Assembly (NCBI GenBank): GCA_910588655.1
Contig: CAJUPJ010000013.1
Coordinates: forward strand, 6,444 to 70,443
Direction: 5' to 3'
DNA length: 64,000 nt
Source of the DNA: an uncultured Lachnospiraceae bacterium
Lineage (GTDB): Bacteria > Bacillota > Clostridia > Lachnospirales > Lachnospiraceae
This document shows, piece after piece, positions 51,587 through 58,994 of this stretch. Each line of letters starts with the position of its first letter. The stretch's first letter is position 1. A program made the position numbers and the translations under genes. The notes beneath the pieces were generated by a model. That model did no database searches. It saw only the letters and a program-made list of their open reading frames with translations, and had not been told where the DNA came from.

Positions 51587-52052
51587 GAATTTCCAGTTGG
51601 CAAGGATTTACGGACGGTTTACTGTGCCAGAGCCAGAATATTACATAACAGGGGTACGCTTGCGCTACGATAAGCCACGCAACGGCACATAAAATCTGAA
51701 AAAACCAGATTTAAATGCCGGCGGGCTTAAAGTACCCCTGTATGTAATATTTCTGGTATCTGGCACGTAAAACCTGCCATTGTAAACTATTACAAACCCA
51801 TAAACCAGCAAAACACCTGACAGCAGGTTTCCAGTGTCCAGCTAAATATTATTACATGACAGGGGCACTTCAGCACCGCCGGCATTTAAGTCCATATGTC
51901 CCGGAGGAAACGTAAGTTTCCTGTGGGATATATGGACTTTATGTGCCGCTGCGTGGGCTGACGTAGCGGAAGCGTGCCCTGGAATGTAATAATATTTAGC
52001 TGGACACAGAAACGCTGCGTCCGTCCACCAGCACCAGATAACTGGAAATATA
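51587..52052. repeat. Modular hairpin element b-a(rev) lacking L and the internal S sites
   Basis: aatttccagtt at 51588, module b about 51609-51778, module a reverse about 51820-52030, ataactggaaat at 52038. Confidence 0.88.
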
Positions 52053-52157
52053 ATTATACTTGTAATTCTTTATGCCTGATTTTATAATGTAACTTACAGG
52101 ATTTAACCTGCACCAGAAAAAGCCCTTTAACCAGGGCATATACTAGGAGGATTTATT

Positions 52158-52901
52158 ATGAGAATTGCATTAGTAGACGATGAGCCAATGGAACTTGATA
52201 TACTTCTGCATTTGCTAAAAAAGAACCTGTCTGGCAACCAATATACAGAACATATTATTGATACATTTTATAATGGAAGTGATTTTTTATCCGCTTTCCA
52301 GGCTGGGAAGTATAATATAATACTGCTTGACATATATATGAAGGATATTTCAGGTGTTGATATTGCCCGTAAAATCCGTATGACAGACAATAATGTACAG
52401 CTTGCTTTCTGTACTAACAGCAACTCATTTGCAAGTGAAAGCTACGAAGTTAATGCACAATACTATCTGCTTAAACCATTTTCAGAAAAAAATATCCAGA
52501 ACATGCTTTCACGTATTATACCTGTTACTGGTAGTAACCAGACATCAGTAATACTTCCAGACGGACAGGAAATTCTTTTAAGGAATATTATATTTACGGA
52601 ATATTCTAACCATATTGTTACGTTACATAATAAAAAAGGAATCGATACCAAAACGCGTATTACACATAGCATGATGGAGGAAATATTATGCAGTTACCCA
52701 TATTTCTGCTGCTGTTCTAAAGGCATAATCGCAAACTTTTATGAAGTAACAATACATGACAAAGACGTTTTTCATATGAGTAATGGATGCCAAATCCCTA
52801 TAAGCCGCAGGAAATCTAAAGATGTACAGAACGCATATATAAAATTCTGCTTTGAACAAATGCGTAAAGAAATAAACAGCGCCACAGATGTGGCGCAATA
52901 A
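52158..52901 (+). CDS. LytTR-family response regulator
   Basis: Receiver MRIALVDDE..LLDIYM..YLLKP; LytTR GIIANF..IPISRRK. Confidence 0.9.
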   Translation: MRIALVDDEPMELDILLHLLKKNLSGNQYTEHIIDTFYNGSDFLSAFQAGKYNIILLDIYMKDISGVDIARKIRMTDNNVQLAFCTNSNSFASESYEVNAQYYLLKPFSEKNIQNMLSRIIPVTGSNQTSVILPDGQEILLRNIIFTEYSNHIVTLHNKKGIDTKTRITHSMMEEILCSYPYFCCCSKGIIANFYEVTIHDKDVFHMSNGCQIPISRRKSKDVQNAYIKFCFEQMRKEINSATDVAQ

Positions 52902-52932
52902 ATATAGATGTAGCTTGCTTTTACATATTATG

Positions 52933-53340
52933 TTATTCCATGCTATCGATGCTGTCAATTAATGAACGCCACTCATCAGGGCTCATTGATGAAATGCCTT
53001 TGTCTACTGAGAAAGCAAAAATTAATAAACCGATTGCCAGTACCAGACCGATTGAAGCACATATAACACCTGCTGTCGCAAGACCCCTTCCGGGCAGTTT
53101 TCTTACAAGTACAATAATAGAAAATACAAGCCCAAGTATTCCAAGAATACCTGAAATATACCAGAAGCAGCAACATACTATTGATAAAATGCCACATATC
53201 ATGCCTGCTATTGCAAAACCTGATGCGCTTTCAGTTGACTGGCTATGCATCTGTGCAAGATTCTGCTGTGTATTCTGGTAGGTATTTGCCTGTGTAAAAC
53301 CATCATCTTGCCCTTTTTCAAAATTTCCATTATCTTCCAT
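52933..53340 (-). CDS. DUF4190-like membrane protein
   Basis: FAIAGMICGILSIVCCC..GRGLATAGVIC. Confidence 0.7.
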   Translation of the reverse strand: MEDNGNFEKGQDDGFTQANTYQNTQQNLAQMHSQSTESASGFAIAGMICGILSIVCCCFWYISGILGILGLVFSIIVLVRKLPGRGLATAGVICASIGLVLAIGLLIFAFSVDKGISSMSPDEWRSLIDSIDSME

Positions 53341-53457
53341 AAACATCCTCCTGTGTTATATTAATAATTTACCACCTTCCCATTTTACCATTTATTTAAA
53401 AATAATGCAAATGCTACAATCCCGTTTTATATAATTTTTGTAAAATATAACTGCTCT

Positions 53458-53898
53458 TTATATTACATCAATGTATTGTAACAAATCTTTTCCATAAACC
53501 ACAAGTAATGTATCTTTTACCACAAATTGTACAAGAATTACCGCAATTCCAAAGTATATGTAACCATTCCTGAATTTCATATAATTATATTTCCCTTTTG
53601 AAAAAAATGCTGCTGTCCCTCTTGCCATAAATATTATATAAAGCACTCCACAGTATGGCACAAACGGATGGTACATAAATGATTTTATCCAGTGTCCCTG
53701 CACAAATGCAGCGACTGCCCTTGAGCCGCCGCACCCTGGGCAGTAAAGTCCTGTAATAGATTTAAAAGAACATTGCGGCATTATATATGAAAATTCAAAC
53801 GGTGTAAATAAAACAAGTGCAATCCCTAAAACAGAAACAGCCGCAAACACAAGCCCGGCAAGGTAAAGATTATATTCTAATACCTTATTCTGAAGCAT
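53458..53898 (-). CDS. DUF2752-like membrane protein
   Basis: CSFKSITGLYCPGCGGSRA..YHP. Confidence 0.78.
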   Translation of the reverse strand: MLQNKVLEYNLYLAGLVFAAVSVLGIALVLFTPFEFSYIMPQCSFKSITGLYCPGCGGSRAVAAFVQGHWIKSFMYHPFVPYCGVLYIIFMARGTAAFFSKGKYNYMKFRNGYIYFGIAVILVQFVVKDTLLVVYGKDLLQYIDVI

Positions 53899-54155
53899 GT
53901 TTCCTCCTTTAATGCAATTTCCTTCTGTTCTATAAAATCTATCTCTATATATCTTCCATTCTGTAACATGCTGGTAAAATCATCCAGCATGCCGGGAGTG
54001 CCCTGTACTTCACATTCCACAGTACCATCATAAAGGTTTCTGACCCAGCCAGAAACCCCTAATGCCTGGGCAGCATAGTTTGCATGGTACCTGAATCCGA
54101 CACCCTGTACACGCCCATGGAATATAAGATGTTTTCTAATATAATTTTCCCTCAA
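53877..54155 (-). CDS. acyP: Acylphosphatase
   Basis: GRVQGVGFR, GWVRNLYDGTVE. Confidence 0.92.
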   Translation of the reverse strand: MRENYIRKHLIFHGRVQGVGFRYHANYAAQALGVSGWVRNLYDGTVECEVQGTPGMLDDFTSMLQNGRYIEIDFIEQKEIALKEETCFRIRY

Positions 54156-55288
54156 TTTCCTGTCTCCATTTCTTTAAAGCCTTCTGAATAATGCAGTTTT
54201 TCATCCTCTGTAATAAATACTGCATACACATTTTCAAGTGAACTGGCAAATTCCAGCCCTTTTTCAAGCCCCATTGCAAAACATGTAGTAGAAAGTGCAT
54301 CACCATCAACTGACTTCCCAGAAATAATTGTAACTGCCACAAGCCCGTTATTATACGGATATCCTGTTGACGGGTCTAAGATATGGTGGTACATTTTCCC
54401 GTCCTGTATAAAATATCTTTCATAAATTCCCGAAGAAACTACTGAAATATCCTCCGCTTTTACGGCTGTAATTACCTCATTCCTGTTCTCAAAAGGATGT
54501 TGTATTCCTATACGGAACGGGCTGTTATCCGGCTTTTTGCCAATACATAACACATTGCCGCCAAGGTTTACAGTACCACTTGTAACGCCGTTTTCCTTAA
54601 GGTACTCCTTTAGTTTGTCTGCAATAAAGCCTTTCGCAATAGCACCAAGTTCTATACCCATTCCGGGCTTTTCTAATACCAGCTTCCTATCTTCTAGTGC
54701 TGCATTCTTATAACCTGTAAGTTTTACTGCTTCCTTTATTTTTGTATCTTCTGGTACTTTCCTGTTATCTGATGTAAAATCCCACAGTGAGCTTTCAGGC
54801 TCTATTGTAATATCAAAAACCCCTTTTGATTTTTCTGAATAATACAGCCCTTTTTCCAATATTTCATATAAAATATCTGACACAGTAAATTCAATGCTTC
54901 CATCATTATTTATGTGGAAAACCGCATTATTAGCAGGGTCTGCCAGGGCTTTTATTTCTGTTTCTGCTGCTTCTCCGTCTTTAATACCATTTTTTTTATT
55001 TAAAACTTCCAGATAAACTTTTTCTATTTCGTTTATATTATAAAGTTCGCTCCCTTTTAAAGTCCTGCTGAAAACCTTTTCAAATTCCTGGCATCTGGCA
55101 GCACATTTTTCTAACAAATCTTCACTGCCGCCTTCATATAAGGTTATTGTATAAGTGGTGTTAAATGCAAAACCTGTTTTAATAAGCTCCTTTTTCTGGT
55201 CTGGCTGTAAAAATGTACTGCATCCTGTTAATAAAATACAAATTAAAAAACAGACGCAGCTATATTTCACTTTTCCTGGCAATCCCAT
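54152..55288 (-). CDS. apbE: FAD:protein FMN transferase (ApbE-family lipoprotein)
   Basis: Lipobox LTGC, FDITI, LGAIAKGF, NLGGN, SSGIYER, HHILDP, DALST. Confidence 0.9.
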   Translation of the reverse strand: MGLPGKVKYSCVCFLICILLTGCSTFLQPDQKKELIKTGFAFNTTYTITLYEGGSEDLLEKCAARCQEFEKVFSRTLKGSELYNINEIEKVYLEVLNKKNGIKDGEAAETEIKALADPANNAVFHINNDGSIEFTVSDILYEILEKGLYYSEKSKGVFDITIEPESSLWDFTSDNRKVPEDTKIKEAVKLTGYKNAALEDRKLVLEKPGMGIELGAIAKGFIADKLKEYLKENGVTSGTVNLGGNVLCIGKKPDNSPFRIGIQHPFENRNEVITAVKAEDISVVSSGIYERYFIQDGKMYHHILDPSTGYPYNNGLVAVTIISGKSVDGDALSTTCFAMGLEKGLEFASSLENVYAVFITEDEKLHYSEGFKEMETGN

Positions 55289-56045
55289 CTGCAAGCTCCC
55301 TTTCTGCCTGTGTAAGTTCTGCACCCTCCAGCAAATCTGGCCTCATCAGTGCAGTCCTTATTACTGACTGTTCCCTGTACCATTCTGCAAGTTTTTTATG
55401 GTTGCCAGACAAAAGGACTGGCGGCACTTCCTTGCCACGCCATACAGCAGGCCTTGTATACTGCGGGTATTCCAGCAGGTTATCTGAAAATGACTCTGTA
55501 CTGGCTGAAATACAGTTGTTTAATACACCAGGCACAAGCCTTGATATTGCATCCATCATTACAAGGGCGGGAAGTTCACCGCCTGTAAGTACATAATCCC
55601 CGGCTGAAACATAATCAGTAACTATTTCCTCTGTTACACGTTCATCTATACCTTCATAATGGCCACATAAAAATATTATATCCTTTTCTGCCGCATATTC
55701 TTCTGCAAGTTTCTGGTTAAAAACTTTCCCTTGTGGTGTAAGATATATAACACGTATTCCAGGTTCTTTTTTAATAGACCCGTCTTCATCCTGTAAATAT
55801 GGTTTTTGCTGTATCTGGCTGCAAATATGCCTGTAACATAAATAAACAGGCTCTGCCTGCATAACCATGCCTGCACCCCCGCCATATGGGTAATCATCAG
55901 CCCTGCTGTGTTTATTCAGGGCAAAGTCCCTTATATCTACTGAATTGACATTTATCAGCCCTGCTTTTATTGCCCTGCCTGTTATACTCTCCCCCATTGC
56001 ATTATTTATCATTTCAGGAAACAATGTCATAACATGGAAATTCAT
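55260..56045 (-). CDS. trmD: tRNA (guanine-N1)-methyltransferase
   Basis: DDYPYGGGAGMVM, CGHYEGIDERV, GDYVLTGGE. Confidence 0.97.
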   Translation of the reverse strand: MNFHVMTLFPEMINNAMGESITGRAIKAGLINVNSVDIRDFALNKHSRADDYPYGGGAGMVMQAEPVYLCYRHICSQIQQKPYLQDEDGSIKKEPGIRVIYLTPQGKVFNQKLAEEYAAEKDIIFLCGHYEGIDERVTEEIVTDYVSAGDYVLTGGELPALVMMDAISRLVPGVLNNCISASTESFSDNLLEYPQYTRPAVWRGKEVPPVLLSGNHKKLAEWYREQSVIRTALMRPDLLEGAELTQAERELADGIARKSEI

Positions 56046-56046
56046 T

Positions 56047-56553
56047 TTAATCTAACAACCCTTTCATTATATGGACTGTAACCAGTTTATTTTCAATATC
56101 AACCTTTTTTACGCAGTCAGGAATATCTGGCAAAAGGACTTCTTTTCCATTATGTGTTACTACAAATACAAGGTTTGCTCCTGTTTCCATTACATCTTTT
56201 AATATGCCAAAATCCTCACCCTTGTCAGTAACTACCTTCATCCCGTACATATCAGCAATATAGCACTCACCCTCTCCAAGAGGGATTGCATTTTCCCTTG
56301 TTACAAATAATTCACAGCCTTTGTACTGTTCCACGTCATTTATATTATCAATACCTTTGAATTTAACAATTACAAGGTTTTTAAAAAACCTGGCAGAAGC
56401 TACTTCCAAGGTCTTTTTTTCTTTTCCAGTATCAAGTATTACTTCTTTCAGGTAGTTATACCGCTCCGGCTCGCCTGTTGTTGGAAATACTTTTACCTCA
56501 CCACGTATTCCATGCGTATTTGCAATAACGCCAACCCTGAATAAATCTGTCAT
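56047..56553 (-). CDS. rimM: Ribosome maturation factor RimM
   Basis: VGVIANTHGIRGEVKV; operon position. Confidence 0.96.
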   Translation of the reverse strand: MTDLFRVGVIANTHGIRGEVKVFPTTGEPERYNYLKEVILDTGKEKKTLEVASARFFKNLVIVKFKGIDNINDVEQYKGCELFVTRENAIPLGEGECYIADMYGMKVVTDKGEDFGILKDVMETGANLVFVVTHNGKEVLLPDIPDCVKKVDIENKLVTVHIMKGLLD

Positions 56554-56631
56554 ATCTTTATACCGCCTTTCTCCAAAAGCAAAAAGCGCCTATACCATAT
56601 GGCACAGGCGTTTTACCAGGGCACGCCCTGG

Positions 56632-56862
56632 CTACTGTCCTATTTCAACAGTTACTTTTTTATCAGTCCTGGATGCAGCAGCCTTAACCACTGAACGTAT
56701 TGCCTTAGCTATGCGCCCCTGCTTTCCAATAACTTTTCCCATATCATCCTGGGCTACTTTAAGTTCAAAAATAATTTCATTATCTTTCTCAGTCTCTGTT
56801 ACAGTGACCTCCTCAGGGTGGTCAACAAGTGACTGTGCAAGAACTTCTATTAATTCTTTCAT
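56632..56862 (-). CDS. khpA: KH-domain RNA-binding protein
   Basis: DMGKVIGKQGRIAKAIR. Confidence 0.93.
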   Translation of the reverse strand: MKELIEVLAQSLVDHPEEVTVTETEKDNEIIFELKVAQDDMGKVIGKQGRIAKAIRSVVKAAASRTDKKVTVEIGQ

Positions 56863-56922
56863 TGAACCTCCCCTTTTTTCTGCCTTATCCTGGCTTGCAG
56901 GACAGGCAGCAGCTATTCTGGA

Positions 56923-57162
56923 TTACATAATACCAGCCTGTTTTAAAAGTTTGCCTACTGTTTCAGTTGGTTTTGCACCATTAGCAAGCCATTTCTTTGC
57001 GCTCTCTTCATTAAACTTAAATACGCTTGGATTCTGGTTTGGGTCATAAGTGCCGATTTCCTCGATAAACCTTCCATCTCTTGGAGACCTTGCATCAGCT
57101 ACTATTATTCTATAAAAAGGCGATTTCTTCTTGCCCATTCTTCTTAACCTGATTTTAACCAT
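56923..57162 (-). CDS. rpsP: 30S ribosomal protein S16
   Basis: [30 protein letters not shown]. Confidence 0.98.
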   Translation of the reverse strand: MVKIRLRRMGKKKSPFYRIIVADARSPRDGRFIEEIGTYDPNQNPSVFKFNEESAKKWLANGAKPTETVGKLLKQAGIM

Positions 57163-57249
57163 TCCTGTTTTCACCTCCTTAAAAATGTTATATATATCTA
57201 AATGCTGTAATAATTTTACAGCATAACGATATTTACTATAAACCCTGCA

Positions 57250-58602
57250 CTAAAAACCAAATGGCAGTTTCGGCAAGCCAAACTTGCCTTTTTTCTTGCC
57301 TTTACCCGACATCATGCCAGACATCTGTTTCATCATTTTCTTAGACTGCTCATACTGTTTCATAAGCTTATTGACTTCTGATATATCAACCCCTGCACCT
57401 TTTGCAATGCGCCTTTTTCTTGAAGGGTTTATTATTGCAGGGTTGCCTCTTTCCTCTAGTGTCATGGAATATATTATTGCCTCTATCCCTTTAAACATGC
57501 TGTCATCTATCTCAATGCCATCTGGAATTCCCATTCCTGGAAGCATGCTTAAAACGCTTTGTATGCCTCCCATTTTCTTTAACTGCCCCATCTGGTCAAG
57601 GAAATCATTAAAATCAAATTCTGCTTTGCGGAACTTGCGTTCCATTTCCTTTGCTTTCTCTTGGTCAAGTTCTGCTTCCGCCTTCTCAATAAGGGTAAGC
57701 ACATCCCCCATTCCAAGTATACGTGATGCCATACGGTCAGGATAAAACTGTTCAAGGTCTGAAAGCTTCTCCCCCATGCCCACATACAATATAGGACGTC
57801 CTGTAACTGCCTTTATTGAAAGGGCAGCACCGCCTCTGGTATCACCATCAAGCTTTGTAAGTATAACACCATCAATTCCGATTTTATCATTAAATGTTGT
57901 TGCAACATTAACTGCATCCTGCCCTGTCATTGCATCTACAACAAGCACAGACTGGTCTATGGAAACCTTGTCTTTTATTTCCATAAGCTCTGCCATCATA
58001 TCCTCATCAATATGAAGGCGTCCTGCTGTATCAAGGATTACAACATTATAGCTGTTTTTTGATGCATGTTCTATAGCTGCTTTAGCTATATCCGCAGGTT
58101 TATGGCTTGTTCCCATAGAAAACACTTCAACACCCTGTTTGTTTCCATTAACCTGTAACTGCTCTATAGCCGCAGGGCGGTAAATATCACACGCCACAAG
58201 CAACGGCTTGCGGCCTTTTGATTTAAGCTTTCCTGCAATCTTTGCTGTAGTGGTTGTCTTTCCTGCACCTTGCAGCCCGCACATCAGTACAACTGAAATC
58301 TCACTGGAAGGCTTCAGTTTAAGTTCTGTTGTTTCGCTGCCCATAAGGTTTACAAGCTCTTCATTAACAAGCTTGACTACCATCTGCCCAGGTGTAAGGC
58401 TGTTAAGTACATCCTGTCCTACTGCCCTTTCCTGCACAGTTTTAACAAAATTCTTAACCACTTTAAAGTTTACATCCGCCTCAAGCAATGCCATCTTAAC
58501 TTCTTTTAAAGCTGTCTTTACATCATCTTCTGTAAGACGCCCTTTGCTGCGAAGGTTCTTAAAAACATTTTGTAATTTTTCAGTAAGGCTGTCGAATGCC
58601 AT
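57250..58602 (-). CDS. ffh: Signal recognition particle protein
   Basis: GLQGAGKTTT, DTAGR, TKLDGD, Met-rich M domain. Confidence 0.98.
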   Translation of the reverse strand: MAFDSLTEKLQNVFKNLRSKGRLTEDDVKTALKEVKMALLEADVNFKVVKNFVKTVQERAVGQDVLNSLTPGQMVVKLVNEELVNLMGSETTELKLKPSSEISVVLMCGLQGAGKTTTTAKIAGKLKSKGRKPLLVACDIYRPAAIEQLQVNGNKQGVEVFSMGTSHKPADIAKAAIEHASKNSYNVVILDTAGRLHIDEDMMAELMEIKDKVSIDQSVLVVDAMTGQDAVNVATTFNDKIGIDGVILTKLDGDTRGGAALSIKAVTGRPILYVGMGEKLSDLEQFYPDRMASRILGMGDVLTLIEKAEAELDQEKAKEMERKFRKAEFDFNDFLDQMGQLKKMGGIQSVLSMLPGMGIPDGIEIDDSMFKGIEAIIYSMTLEERGNPAIINPSRKRRIAKGAGVDISEVNKLMKQYEQSKKMMKQMSGMMSGKGKKKGKFGLPKLPFGF

Positions 58603-58639
58603 AATAACCTCCTTTCAAACATGCCCAAGCACAAAAAGC

Positions 58640-58684
58640 ATTATATTATACCTGCGGAGTGTTGTCAAGTATTTTTCTTGACAA
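58640..58684 (-). promoter_or_regulatory. Consensus sigma-A promoter of ffh with a dyad over the -35
   Basis: TTGACA-17 bp-TATAAT (58668-58640); ttgtcaag-N7-cttgacaa (58662-58684). Confidence 0.75.
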
Positions 58685-58994
58685 AATTCCAGTAAAATAA
58701 AATTCTGGTAAAATAACGCCCTGACATAATATACAGTAATATACAAAATACAAATAATATACATTTACATAAATACAAATAACTATAATTATTTTTTTGG
58801 GTAAAACATGTAAAAATTTTAATGTTCCTTAAAAATTCCATTATGATAAAATACAAATTGGGGTATTGGTTTTAAATATTATTATAATATTTAAAACTAT
58901 CCTGGCTGTAATGGATAATATAAGGATGTCTGGAGGTGGAATTACAAGAAAAATTCTTAGAAACATATAAAAAAGTATAAAAGAGGAGGTATTT

